Program-made: the position numbers and the translations under genes
In this document: positions 29,915-44,720 of the stretch, piece by piece
Position numbering within the stretch: position 1 is the first letter of the stretch
Layout: every line of letters begins with the position of its first letter
Notes under the pieces: model-generated
What the model was told of the DNA's origin: nothing
What the model saw: the letters and a program-made list of their open reading frames with translations, nothing else
The model's database searches: none
Source: Macrostomum lignano
Lineage: Eukaryota
Assembly: GCA_002269645.1 (NCBI GenBank)
Contig: NIVC01002315.1
Span: forward strand, 1-64,000
Length of the DNA stretch: 64,000 nt
Direction: 5' to 3'

Positions 29915-31214
29915 AGTGGGACTGAGGAGAGGGACTGAGGGAGAGGGACTGAGGGAGAGGGACTGAGGGAGAGGGACTGAGGGAGAGGGACTGAGGGAGA
30001 GGGACTGAGGGAGAGGGACTGAGGGAGAGGAACTGAGGGAGAGGAACTGAGGGAGAGGAACTGAGGGAGACGGGACTAAGGGAGAGGAACTGAGGGAGAG
30101 GAACTGAGGGAGACGGGACTAAGGGAGAGGAACTGAGGGAGAGGAACTGAGGGAGACGGGACTGAGGGAGAGGGACTGAGGGAGAGGGACTGGGCGAAAC
30201 GGGACTAAGGGAGAGGGACTGAGGGAGAGGAACTGAGGGAGACGAACTGAGGGAGAGGAACTGAGGGAGAGGGACTGAGGGAGAGGGACTGGGCGAAACG
30301 GGACTAAGGGAGAGGGACTGAGGGAGAGGAACTGAGGGAGAGGGACTGAGGGAGAGGAACTGAGGGAGAGGAACTGAGGGAGAGGGACTGAGGGAGAGGG
30401 ACTGAGGGAGACGAACTGAGGGAGAGGAATTGAGGGAGAGGGACTGAGGGAGAGGGACTGAGGGAGAGGGACTGAGGGAGAGGGACTGAGGGAGAGGGAC
30501 TGAGGGAGAGGGACTGAGGGAGAGGGACTGAGGAAGAGGGACTAAGGAAGAGGGACTGAGGAAGAGGAACTGAGGGAGAGGGACTGAGGGAGAGGGACTG
30601 AGGGAGAGGAACTGAGGGAGAGGAACTGAGGGAGAGGAACTGAGGGAGACGAACTGAGGGAGAGGAATTGAGGGAGAGGGACTGAGGGAGAGGGACTGAG
30701 GGAGAGGGACTGAGGGAGAGGGACTGAGGGAGACGAACTGAGGGAGAGGAACTGAGGGAGAGGAACTGAGGGAGACGAACTGAGGGAGAGGAATTGAGGG
30801 AGAGGGACTGAGGGAGAGGGACTGAGGGAGAGGGACTGAGGGAGAGGGACTGAGGGAGAGGGACTGAGGGAGAGGGACTGAGGGAGAGGGACTGAGGGAG
30901 AGGGACTGAGGGAGAGGGACTAAGGAAGAGGGACTGAGGAAGAGGAACTGAGCGAGAGGGACTGAGGGAGAGGGACTGAGGGAGAGGAACTGAGGGAGAG
31001 GAACTGAGGGAGAGGAACTGAGGGAGAGGAATTGAGGGAGAGGAATTGAGGGAGAGGGACTGAGGGAGAGGGACTGAGGGAGAGGGACTGAGGGAGAGGA
31101 ACTGAGGGAGAGGGACTGAGGGAGAGGAACTGAGGGAGAGGAACTGAGGGAGAGGAACTGAGGGAGAGGAACTGAGGGAGAGGGACTGAGGGAGAGGGAC
31201 TGAGGGAGAGGGAC
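29915..31214. repeat. 14-bp purine-rich tandem repeat (GGGACTGAGGGAGA)n
   Basis: About 90 copies; source of the spurious 464-aa ORF. Confidence 0.97.
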
Positions 31215-32101
31215 GGACACATTCACGAAGAAGTGAATAGAGATAGCGAAGGTCAGAAGGTCAGAGTGAACTTGACTGTTATCAGAAATGGCTTTATTTA
31301 TGTACACTTATTCCAGAAATTTTTACAAAAGACGCATTTTTAGCGCTTAGATGTAGCGGGGCGGCAGTAGTGGGCGGCAGGCGCTGTGGTGGGTCTCTAA
31401 GGATTGCTAAATGAAATACCCCCTCCCTCGACCTATCCCTGGCAAGAATAAGTGACAACCGCTAATGATGGGAAGACAGAAATTCATTTTTTGGATTCCA
31501 TTTCGCCCCTAGCATGCCTCGCCTTGAGTGAGGCAGATACAGGCGGGAGATTCTTCCCTACAGGAAATTCCGATTGCATCCTTGCGCTGTCAAAGAAAAA
31601 CAAGCTGCCCAGCTGCCAGTCTCGCTCTCTCCGGGCTTGTAACTCGGCGAATTGCCCCATCTATTTACAGTCTCCCTCAGTTGTTTCCATATATGGCTCG
31701 GCCTTCAAACGGCATTCTTTTGGGAAGTTGTAAATTCCCAACAAAATGGCTTGGGGAACAGGGATATTGGGGAGGAACATACTTTAGGCGTAATTGTGCG
31801 GCCATAAACACAACAAGGGTTTAACAAGGGGTTGTTGATTGTGTTCAAGTATGAAACTGAAATCCCGAGAGAGAAAATAAGACTGCAATTTTGTAAAAGA
31901 AGAGGCCAGAGAAAAAGTATAAAGATAGAATTCTCTAAATTTATTACCTGCCCTCGAATTCTTCCCAAATGAATAAGAAAACTTCCTCTTATGCCATTGT
32001 CTCTCATGCCTCCCCGTATCTTTGAAAACGGATGGCGTCAGCACCGGTAGTGATATAATAATCATAATTTGCAGGAGGCCTGCGGAGGCCCTCGGCGACA
32101 T

Positions 32102-35100
32102 CCAATCAATCAGTGATTATCCACCCATCACAATCAATCAGTGATTATCCACCCAGCACAATCAATCAGTGATTATCCACCCATCACAATCAATCAGTGA
32201 TTATCCGGCCAGCACAATCAATCAGTGATTATCCACCCATCACAATCAATCAGTGATTATCCACCCATCACAATCAATCAGTGATTATCCACCCATCACA
32301 ATCAATCAGTTATTATCCACCCAGCACAATCAATCAGTGATTATCCACCCATCACAATCAATCAGTGATTATCCACCCATCACAATCAATCAGTGATTAT
32401 CCACCCATCACTATCAATCAGTGATTATCCACCCATCACAATCAATCAGTGATTATCCACCCATCACAATCAACCAGTGATTATCCACCCATCACAATCA
32501 ATCAGTGATTATCCACCCATCACAATCAATCAGTGATTATCCACCCATCACAATCAATCAGTGATTATCCACCCAGCACAATCAATCAGTGATTATCCAC
32601 CCAGCACAATCAATCAGTGATTATCCACCCATCACAATCAATCAGTGATTATCCACCCAGCACAATCAATCAGTGATTATCCACCCATCACAATCAATCA
32701 GTGATTATCCACCCATCACAATCAATCAGTGATTATCCACCCAGCACAATCAATCAGTGATTATCCACCCAGCACAATCAATCAGTGATTATCCACCCAT
32801 CACAATCAATCAGTGATTATCCACCCATCACAATCAATCAGTGATTATCCACCCATCACAATCAATCAGTGATTATCCGGCCATCACAATCAATCAGTGA
32901 TTATCCACCCATCACAATCAATCAGTGATTATCCACCCATCACAATCAATCAGTGATTATCCACCCATCACAATCAATCAGTGATTATCCACCCAGCACA
33001 ATCAATCAGTGATTATCCACCCATCACAATCAATCAGTGATTATCCACCCATCACAATCAATCAGTGATTATCCACCCATCACAATCAATCAGTGATTAT
33101 CCACCCATCACAATCAATCAGTGATTATCCGGCCATCACAATCAATCAGTGATTATCCACCCATCACAATCAATCAGTGATTATCCACCCATCACAATCA
33201 ATCAGTGATTATCCGGCCATCACAATCAATCAGTGATTATCCACCCATCACAATCAATCAGTGATTATCCACCCAGCACAATCAATCAGTGATTATCCGG
33301 CCATCACAATCAATCAGTGATTATCCACCCATCACAATCAATCAGTGATTATCCACCCATCACAATCAATCAGTGATTATCCGGCCATCACAATCAATCA
33401 GTGATTATCCACCCATCACAATCAATCAGTGATTATCCGGCCATCACAATCAATCAGTGATTATCCACCCATCACAATCAATCAGTGATTATCCACCCAT
33501 CACAATCAATCAGTGATTATCCACCCATCACAATCAATCAGTGATTATCCACCCAGCACAATCAATCAGTGATTATCCACCCAGCACAATCAATCAGTGA
33601 TTATCCACCCATCACAATCAATCAGTGATTATCCACCCATCACAATCAATCAGTGATTATCCACCCATCACAATCAATCAGTGATTATCCGGCCATCACA
33701 ATCAATCAGTGATTATCCACCCATCACAATCAATCAGTGATTATCCACCCATCACAATCAATCAGTGATTATCCACCCATCACAATCAATCAGTGATTAT
33801 CCACCCAGCACAATCAATCAGTGATTATCCACCCATCACAATCAATCAGTGATTATCCACCCATCACAATCAATCAGTGATTATCCACCCATCACAATCA
33901 ATCAGTGATTATCCACCCATCACAATCAATCAGTGATTATCCGGCCATCACAATCAATCAGTGATTATCCACCCATCACAATCAATCAGTGATTATCCAC
34001 CCATCACAATCAATCAGTGATTATCCGGCCATCACAATCAATCAGTGATTATCCACCCATCACAATCAATCAGTGATTATCCACCCAGCACAATCAATCA
34101 GTGATTATCCGGCCATCACAATCAATCAGTGATTATCCACCCATCACAATCAATCAGTGATTATCCACCCATCACAATCAATCAGTGATTATCCGGCCAT
34201 CACAATCAATCAGTGATTAATCCACCCATCACAATCAATCAGTGATTATCCACCCATCACAATCAATCAGTGATTATCCACCCATCACAATCAATCAGTG
34301 ATTATCCGGCCATCACAATCAATCAGTGATTAATCCACCCATCACAATCAATCAGTGATTATCCACCCATCACAATCAATCAGTGATTATCCACCCATCA
34401 CAATCAATCAGTGATTATCCGGCCATCACAATCAATCAGTTATTATCCACCCAGCACAATCAATCAGTGATTATCCACCCAGCACAATCAATCAGTGATT
34501 ATCCACCCAGCACAATCAATCAGTGATTATCCACCCATCACAATCAATCAGTGATTATCCGGCCATCACAATCAATCAGTGATTATCCACCCATCACAAT
34601 CAATCAGTGATTATCCACCCATCACAATCAATCAGTAATTATCCACCCAGCACAATAAATCAGTGATTATCCACCCATCACAATCAATCAGTGATTATCC
34701 ACCCATCACAATCAATCAGTGATTATCCACCCATCACAATCAATCAGTGATTATCCGGCCATCACAATCAATCAGTGATTAATCCACCCAGCACAATCAA
34801 TCAGTGATTATCCACCCAGCACAATCAATCAGTGATTATCCACCCAGCACAATCAATCAGTGATTATCCACCCAGCACAATCAATCAGTGATTATCCACC
34901 CAGCACAATCAATCAGTGATTATCCGGCCATCACAATCAATCAGTGATTATCCACCCAGCACAATCAATCAGTGATTATCCACCCATCACAATCAATCAG
35001 TGATTATCCACCCATCACAATCAATCAGTGATTATTCGGCCAGCACAATCAATCAGTGATTATCCACCCATCACAATCAATCAGTGATTATCCACCCAGC

Positions 35101-37765
35101 ACAATCAATCAGTGATTATCCACCCATCACAATCAATCAGTGATTATCCACCCAGCACAATCAATCAGTGATTATCCACCCAGCACAATCAATCAGTGAT
35201 TATCCGGCCAGCACAATCAATCAGTGATTATCCACCCATCACAATCAATCAGTGATTATCCACCCAGCACAATCAATCAGTGATTATCCACCCATCACAA
35301 TCAATCAGTGATTATCCACCCATCACTATCAATCAGTGATTATCCACCCATCACAATTAATCAGTGATTATCCGGCCATCACAATCAATCAGTGATTATC
35401 CGGCCATCACAATCAATCAGTGATTATCCACCCAGCACAATCAATCAGTGATTATCCGGCCATCACAATCAATCAGTGATTATCCACCCATCACAATCAA
35501 TCAGTGATTATCCACCCATCACAATCAATCAGTGATTATCTACCCAGCACAATCAATCAGTGATTATCCGGCCATCACAATCAATCAGTGATTATCCACC
35601 CATCACAATCAATCAGTGATTATCCACCCAGCACAATCAATCAGTGATTATCCGGCCATCACAATCAATCAGTGATTATCCACCCAGCACAATCAATCAG
35701 TGATTATCCGGCCATCACAATCAATCAGTGATTATCCGGCCATCACAATCAATCAGTGATTATCCACCCAGCACAATCAATCAGTGATTATCCGGCCATC
35801 ACAATCAATCAGTGATTATCCACCCATCACTATCAATCAGTGATTATCCACCCATCACAATTAATCAGTGATTATCCGGCCATCACAATCAATCAGTGAT
35901 TATCCGGCCATCACAATCAATCAGTGATTATCCACCCATCACAATCAATCAGTGATTATCCACCCAGCACAATCAATCAGTGATTATCCGGCCATCACAA
36001 TCAATCAGTGATTATCCACCCATCACAATCAATCAGTGATTATCCACCCAGCACAATCAATCAGTGATTATCCACCCAGCACAATCAATCAGTGATTATC
36101 CGGCCATCACAATCAATCAGTGATTATCCACCCATCACAATCAATCAGTGATTATCCACCCATCACAATCAATCAGTGATTATCCACCCATCACAATCAA
36201 TCAGTGATTATCCGGCCATCACAATCAATCAGTGATTATCCACCCATCACAATCAATCAGTGATTATCCACCCATCACAATCAATCAGTAATTATCCACC
36301 CAGCACAATAAATCAGTGATTATCCACCCATCACAATCAATCAGTGATTATCCACCCATCACAATCAATCAGTGATTATCCACCCATCACAATCAATCAG
36401 TGATTATCCGGCCATCACAATCAATCAGTGATTAATCCACCCAGCACAATCAATCAGTGATTATCCACCCAGCACAATCAATCAGTGATTATCCACCCAG
36501 CACAATCAATCAGTGATTATCCACCCAGCACAATCAATCAGTGATTATCCACCCAGCACAATCAATCAGTGATTATCCGGCCATCACAATCAATCAGTGA
36601 TTATCCACCCAGCACAATCAATCAGTGATTATCCACCCATCGCAATCAATCAGTGATTATCCACCCATCACAATCAATCAGTGATTATTCGGCCAGCACA
36701 ATCAATCAGTGATTATCCACCCATCACAATCAATCAGTGATTATCCACCCAGCACAATCAATCAGTGATTATCCACCCATCACAATCAATCAGTGATTAT
36801 CCACCCAGCACAATCAATCAGTGATTATCCACCCATCACTATCAATCAGTGATTATCCACCCATCACAATTAATCAGTGATTATCCGGCCATCACAATCA
36901 ATCAGTGATTATCCGGCCATCACAATCAATCAGTGATTATCCACCCAGCACAATCAATCAGTGATTATCCGGCCATCACAATCAATCAGTGATTATCCAC
37001 CCATCACAATCAATCAGTGATTATCCACCCATCACAATCAATCAGTGATTATCTACCCAGCACAATCAATCAGTGATTATCCGGCCATCACAATCAATCA
37101 GTGATTATCCACCCATCACAATCAATCAGTGATTATCCACCCAGCACAATCAATCAGTGATTATCCGGCCATCACAATCAATCAGTGATTATCCACCCAG
37201 CACAATCAATCAGTGATTATCCGGCCATCACAATCAATCAGTGATTATCCGGCCATCACAATCAATCAGTGATTATCCACCCAGCACAATCAATCAGTGA
37301 TTATCCGGCCATCACAATCAATCAGTGGTTATCCTCCCAGCACAATCAATCAGTGATTATCCACCCAGCACAATCAATCAGTGATTATCCACCCATCACA
37401 ATCAATCAGTGATTATCCACCCATCACAATCAATCAGTGATTATCTACCCATCACAATCAATCAGTGATTATCCGGCCATCACAATCAATCAGTGATTAT
37501 CCACCCAGCACAATCAATCAGTGATTATCCGGCCATCACAATCAATCAGTGGTTATCCTCCCAGCACAATCAATCAGTGATTATCCACCCAGCACAATCA
37601 ATCAGTGATTATCCGGCCATCACAATCAATCAGTGATTATCCACCCATCACTATCAATCAGTGATTATCCACCCATCACAATCAATCAGTGATTATCCAC
37701 CCAGCACAATCAATCAGTGATTATCCGGGCATCACAATCAATCAGTGATTATCCGGCCATCACAA
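32102..37765. repeat. 28-bp satellite (CAATCAATCAGTGATTATCCACCCATCA)n
   Basis: About 200 copies with three main variants. Confidence 0.98.
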
Positions 37766-40369
37766 TGACGCACACGAATGACTCCAACATGTTGGCTTGT
37801 CCGCATGAACCCTACGAAACCAAGCGCTTCCATCCGCCTCGGATCCGCAACAAAAGCTCGATTTATTTAACTCATAGCTTTTGAACAAACGCAAGCAGCC
37901 TTTTTAGCGTCAAAAAGATTTCAACAGACAAACAAATTGATGACAATACACAGAAAGCTGATATCAAAGCAGACCCAGAATTATTGCAATGGAACAGCGA
38001 ATAGAGACTTAAATGAAAAGCAAAATAATAGAATAATTTTATAGAGTACATGAACCTTCCGTCACTGGGTACAATGGCAATGCAGGTTTGCTGAGGCAGA
38101 TTCCAGATTTGTGTTTTTTGTTTGCTTTTTCTGCTCAAAATATGACTTCTCAGGCGAGCGGTTTACCTCTTGTATTTGAAAAAAAGTTAGAAATAGAGTT
38201 CTAAAACTGATATTAACTAAATATTACCTGCTGCATGAGAGCTAGAATGAAATTTGATCACAATAACTTCAACAAAAAATAGACAGTATATGTAATACAT
38301 ATAGACACGCGATGGGAAAAAAACGTTATTTCGTAGCCTCATCGACTCTGCCTAATAGACCAGTCCAGTCCGTCCATCAGTGTCCTTCTGCAGAACTGCT
38401 CTCAACGGCTTAGCAAAATGCTCTGAATCCACTGCATGGCCTGAGGACTAGGATAGCTTTTTGGTACGTGCAGCAGGTAAATTCTGGAATAAAGAGCCAG
38501 GACGGTGAGCGGCTATTCTGTGCTGATGGGGTGCACGATGGTACAGTACTGATAGATGCTAAGTTGAGTGCACGGTTAATACCGATATTAGTGCCAGCAT
38601 AAGAGATCTCTATACAATATAGTTATATTTTCACTACAGAAATTACATTGAAAGAGCGCATTGATATGCTAAGTCAGAGCAAGTCCCAATTTGACAATCG
38701 TTTGCTAAACTGCGAGCTCAAATTTTCGCCAAAATTCAGCGTAAAACTGTGAAAAATGAGTTCAGTGCAAATTTTGTTAATCTGTGTGCTTAATTCATTT
38801 AGTTAGCCAACATCGATTTTAAATGTGTTTAACCAAGTTTCTAAAATTGGCGCCAATTCAAAACTCGAAACAGTTTAACAAACGAATAAATAATTAATTT
38901 AAATAAGCAACTTTCTATCTCTTAAATAAAGCAAAGGGCAGGCAAAAGGAAATGATTTGGTCGCATGCAAAGTTTCCTACAAACGAAAGCGTGCTATGCA
39001 CTAAGCTAACTTGTCAAGGCTGACAACATTTAACTGGAGTAAAATTCGTGTTATACGAGCTACATCCGGGTTCCTTAAAGGCGGTTGATACCAGCGTATA
39101 ATAGCGCATAGAATATTCTGCCGTTCAAGCGCAAAGGAAGTCTGTGGACTTGGGCTGCTGCCATTTGCCACCAACGATCCAACTCGATGGGATCACGATG
39201 ACTAAGCAGTATATGAAAAATGCAACCTGTTGACGAAGCCCTCTTCCCTCTATCTAAGCCAGCGCTTGGGGTTCTGCTCACAGATACTAGAATAACTGGA
39301 TGAGCCAGTCTGCACATTGAGTAAGCTACTTTCAGTTCAGTAGTAAGTTTAACAGAAGCATTCTAATGTATTTTTAAAGCCAAGGCTCATTTATTGGCTC
39401 TTACCCCCCCACGCTTAAACCCTCCAAGCGCGCGCGTTTTTCCACACTACCCCACCCCCGCCCCCTAATTTTTTATTGCCTTTCTCGGAATTCCAGCCTA
39501 AAAGCTGCCATGTACATTTCAATGGACTGGCTAATGCACGTTATTGCTGAACCAATTAGCAAGCTGTTTACGCCTGCAAGCTTGGGTTTCTATACTTATC
39601 AAAGTAATTTCAGCTGCCTTTATTTTTATAAAATAGCTTACGCATTCTTCTTTGCTACTGAACTGAAAGTAGAAAGCTGTTTTACAAACTTACAACTCGT
39701 ATATATGCCTGAGTGGCCCATCTAGCTAGTTTAGTAACTGTGGTTCTACTTAGCAACAGCATTGTTACGGGGCTCAATGTTCAGTCATAATACTCGGGAT
39801 CTGCATTCTCAAACAGGTCTGACGGGCGGAGACCAAGCAACCTGCGTCGAAATGGGAGGAGAATATTGTAAGACAGTCGTTCTGATGAATTGAGCCGCAT
39901 GTGGTCAAACCATGCAATTATTAAACATGCTAGATAATTAGCATTAGCATTAGTACTATAATTATTTATACTATTAGAAAACCATATAGGATGCGAGCAA
40001 GTCCTGGGTTCGCTTTCCTGGCCAATTGGCCTAAGGGCAGGGGAGTGCAGAGGGCATCGGTGAAAAGGATCGGACAATAAAACTGTCCAGGGCGATTAAT
40101 GGCTGTATACACGTATCTCCCCCCCCCCGAGGTTTAGAGAGAGGGCCTCTGTGCCTGCCTAGGCGAAGGTGGAGGAGCTGTTGCTGTGCGCTGGAGATGT
40201 CTATCGGGATCTGGCGAGAAACGCGGAAAGCCGTCGAAAAGGTGGGAGGGAAGGATTTCATGCTGCATTAATCACGTGCGCGCGTCGGCAACTACAAAGG
40301 CTCCACGATGGTCCCGAATGAGAGATCTAGAGATGGAGAGCCCAACAAAGAATCGAGGCTATGCGGCAC

Positions 40370-41950
40370 TTACGCTGTTGACTCCACAACGCTCAGCACG
40401 TCCATATGGTCGCCCTGCTGCTCTATTGGCCCGTTGCCAATGACACGCCGCTTGTGTGCACTGTCCAGCGTGCTGAGAACTTCGTTGATATCGTAGAGCT
40501 CGCATCTGTTGCCTTTGTAGCCCTTGCGGCAGCTGGTTGTTTTTTAATTGGTAGCGGTGTGTAAGGAATATTAAATAATGAAACAATTCAGAGCAGGACT
40601 GAGGCAATGGAAGAGACGCTCACTTGCAAAGCGGCAGCTCAATGATGCCGTAGTAAACGCACGTGCCACCAAACAGGCAGTAATTGCGGTCGGTGCAGTG
40701 GCTCTGCAGCTGGGAATAATCCCCGTGCCATGGCTGCTCGAGACCACCGGATCGGGACGCGTTGGCCGATTTGGCAGCGGCGATGACGGCGTGAGCAGTA
40801 GCGACGGCTGCGGCTGCGCTATCAAAGTCGGCATCACTTGGCGGCGAGCGCGGTGGAGGCGGCGGCGGCGGTGGCGGCGGCCGAGCGGTTGTCGGACTGA
40901 TCGAAGTCGCCCTGACTGTCGGCCTCGGCGTTGATGATGGCGTCGTCGTCGTCGTCGGCGGCGACGGCGGCGTTCGCTCGGCAGCGCTAAGCCGGATGTT
41001 CGGGGCTGCTGCGGCTTCGGCGTCGGTCTCGGAGATGCGGCCGCGGACCACGGCATCGTTGGACGCTCGATGCAGAGGGACCGGAGGCTGCGCCAAAGCT
41101 TCATCTTCGGTTGCTGAAAGCAGAAACGGGAAATGCTTTGAATTGGCGCTGAAGAAAAGGCCTGTGCTTGTACAGTGCATCGTGCAGCCTCAGAACAGAT
41201 GTGGCCAGATGATAACAGCGGCCCCTCAAGCTGCAACTGAAGCCAACTTGCAGTGACATTGATCTGCAGTAACTGTTTGTTAAAGCACTGCGCATGTGAA
41301 GGCTGCATGTGTGTGTCTTGCGGTTTCAGTGCTGCTGCATCGCATGATTAGCAACTTTAGCGACATTGCGGTCAGTTTAGGGCGAAAATGTCAACGGCTG
41401 ACTCACCAGCGCCCTTCTTAGTGACCTTCATACTGAGTAGAATCTCCGTGTTGCCGATGTCAGCCTTGATGATCTCGTTGGAGTCGCCGAGCCGGATAGC
41501 CTCGGCCTTCTTGGTGACGTTCAGGCAAACTTTGCCGTCAACTTTGAGCGCGGCAGACACTTCAACCCTAGAGTCCTCCCTGGCCGGCACGCTTCTTGCA
41601 GCCCGGCTGAGGGCCTCCTCGAAATCCTGCTCAACAGAGCGGCGAACCCTGGCCGGGTCGGCCGTGCGCATGTAGATTTTGGCCACTTCAATACGGTGGT
41701 CCGCCTTCTTCTTCAGCTCGTTGCGGAGCAGCTCGAGGAAGGCACGGTACCATTCGCGGCCCTCCAGAATCTTCAGCACTCGCTGCTTGTTAGCCTGCAG
41801 CTCCCGCTGCATTCGTTCGTTCAGCGAGTCGCCCTCGAGTTTGGGCTCGGCCTCGGCCCGGCTCCTCTTCATCATGGTGACGGGTGTCGGCGTGGTCGGG
41901 CACAGCAGCACAATGTGCACCAGCAGGAGAGAGGCGGTGAGCTTCATCAT
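40370..41950 (-). CDS. Secreted single-EGF-domain protein, EGFR-ligand-like, about 398 aa. Exons 41950-41407, 41113-40624, 40532-40370
   Basis: Signal-peptide-like MMKLTASLLLVHIVLLCPT, Pro/Thr-rich stalk, then HCTDRNYCLFGGTCVYYGIIELPLCN|CRKGYKGNRCE with a phase-2 intron between Cys4 and Cys5. Splice phases 1 and 2 match; 1197 nt in total. Confidence 0.8.
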
Positions 41951-42019
41951 GGCTAATAGTTGAGACAAGGCAGGACGGACAGCTCAGAGGTGGCGGGTCA
42001 AACGGGACTGGGCCAGCCC

Positions 42020-42106
42020 TTTAAATAGCTTTTCAGATGGAAGGCGGGCTTGGGGTTGGCACCGCAGCGGCCTGAGAGCGAGCGCCGAAAGGCCAAGGCC
42101 CATTGG
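42020..42106 (-). promoter_or_regulatory. Putative promoter of the EGF-domain gene
   Basis: TATTTAAA on the minus strand at 42027-42020 and CCAAT at 42106-42102, 70-150 nt upstream of the ATG. Confidence 0.4.
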
Positions 42107-42466
42107 TAGAGAGGGAGAGGAACCGGATGGCCTGCAGCAATGACTGAAATCTGCATAGAGGCTGTAGGTTGGCTTAACAGTAGTTGGAAACTGCAATACA
42201 AGAGAAAACTGTTTAATGGCTGCATTGGCCTTTCCTGACGCTCTCACTTTACGAGATGATTTCTGCAAAGATATGCCCCACTATTTTTGGGGAGTCAACA
42301 AAAGTTATTTTATAATTGAAACATTTTATTACCAGGGAACTTTTGCGTTCCAATGCACTAAAGACGAAAATTTAGTGAAAAGGGCAACCGAAACTGAACT
42401 TGTTTAGATTTCAGAATGTAAATAATTTCTACTTTCATGGAAATGCGCAGCCATCGCCATCGGCGT

Positions 42467-43077
<611 letters not shown>

Positions 43078-44469
43078 CTGATGCCAATAACCGCACGGAC
43101 TGCTCATGTAGTCGCATGCGGGTTCCTTCATTCAGGCATTCAGACTTGACAATGAGAAAACACAGCTGGCGGAAGCCAAGCCATCGTCATGCATCTGGCT
43201 TCATTGCTCTTACAGTACATGTATGTGTCCTCAATTGACCCCGAGGAGGCTCTCTATTATGCCGGTCTATTTTTAGCTCATGACTCAGCCACAGTCGAGT
43301 CCTTCAGTTCAATTAGGAAGCTGGCTGGGTGTCGCACTATGCAAATTTGTCAGGCGCCAATGCAAATTTAGGGGAGGGAAACTGGACGGATTGATCCGCG
43401 CGGCTTCCCAAAGCCTTTGATCTTTCATCGGTGCCGCTGCTGTAAGATGGTGTCTTAATATTAGCTGGAAACTTGGTTGCGAAGGCAATGCAGTTTCGAA
43501 CAAACCAATTTCAGCGCCGTTGTAAACCGGCTTATTGAAATCGCAACAATTAGTCTTTCTGAATAGTTTTCTTTTCAGAAAGAAGTCGATAAACCTGCAT
43601 ATCTATTTTCATTATTAGACTGCATGTAGCTTTTCAAGCTCCTTGTTAATTTTTTACTATCTGCCGATATGTAGAGAAAATTACTTTATCAATCTACCAA
43701 AATTCTATTTATAATTAGACGTTCCAATCAATGAGAATGAATGGACCGCTTTGCTCCATTAACTTGATGCACTTGCAGGTCCACCTTCAATAAAACTGAT
43801 TATAATTGACTGCCTGCTTGAAAGCTGCATGCACAATGCCTTTCTATATCGCTAATTGGACTTTCAATAAAATTTGGGCATTTGGCTATGCATGTAAAAA
43901 GAAGCAAAGAGTTTCATTCAATTTCTCACATGCTATAGCTGCATTGGCTCATTCACCTGATACACATGAGTAGGCGGTTGCTTAGGCCTATTTTTAGTGC
44001 GGCACCAGCAGCAAAATTGAAGTGCTCAAGATGAACTTCGCGGATGCTGAGACACCAGGCCGCTTTGTTAAGGGTGGGTGTCAGTTTCAGTTTAGAATTA
44101 AAGAAAGCGTGGGCGTCTTGAGACCAGCTATTTGAAATTCGCTTCATCTAAACCGATGAGGTGAAACCTGAGTAGGCGTGTAGCCAGCTGCTGAGAATGG
44201 CGGTATGAGTAGAGCTGTTTAAAATTAGAGAGTGGCTGCATGACTAATGATATGTTTCTTCCAGCATGTTCCAGTACTCAGACAGCCTACCAACCGTTTT
44301 GTTGGATATTTTTGCTGCTTCTAGAAGGCTCTGGCTCAATCGTATAAATTTGGTTTTTTAAAAGAAAAGACGCTTTCATCGTCTGAATTTGGCCAGTTTT
44401 AACGCATTGCACTTAATGAAAAAACTTCTCAAAATTCAATTCTATCAGTGTTAGAACTAAGCCAGTCAC

Positions 44470-44720
44470 TAGGATATAGATCCAATCATCCAATCATCTA
44501 TGACGCATGATAATAGATCTAATCATCTATGATGCATGATAATAGATCAAATCATCCAATCATCTATGACGCATGATAATAGATCTAATCATCTATGATG
44601 CATGATAATAGTTCTAATCATCTATGATGCATGATAACAGATCTAATCATCTTTGATGCATGATAACAGATCTAATCATCTATGATCAATGATTATAGAT
44701 CCGATCATCTATGATTTCAT
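44470..44720. repeat. About 29-bp tandem repeat (ATCTAATCATCTATGATGCATGATAATAG)n
   Basis: About 7 degenerate copies. Confidence 0.85.

Noticed and set aside
29913-31307. 464-aa Ser/Pro-rich ORF
   Set aside because: Stop-free frame of the 14-bp tandem repeat; the same applies to ORFs over 23278-23963, 27831-28426, 42404-43131 and 62919-63743.
32102-37765. Regular 28-bp repeats superficially like a CRISPR array
   Set aside because: No unique spacers, head-to-tail units, eukaryotic context, no cas genes.
44150-44190. Hammerhead-like CCGATGAGGTGAAAC
   Set aside because: Core is CCGATGA rather than CTGANGA, and stems I and III could not be built.
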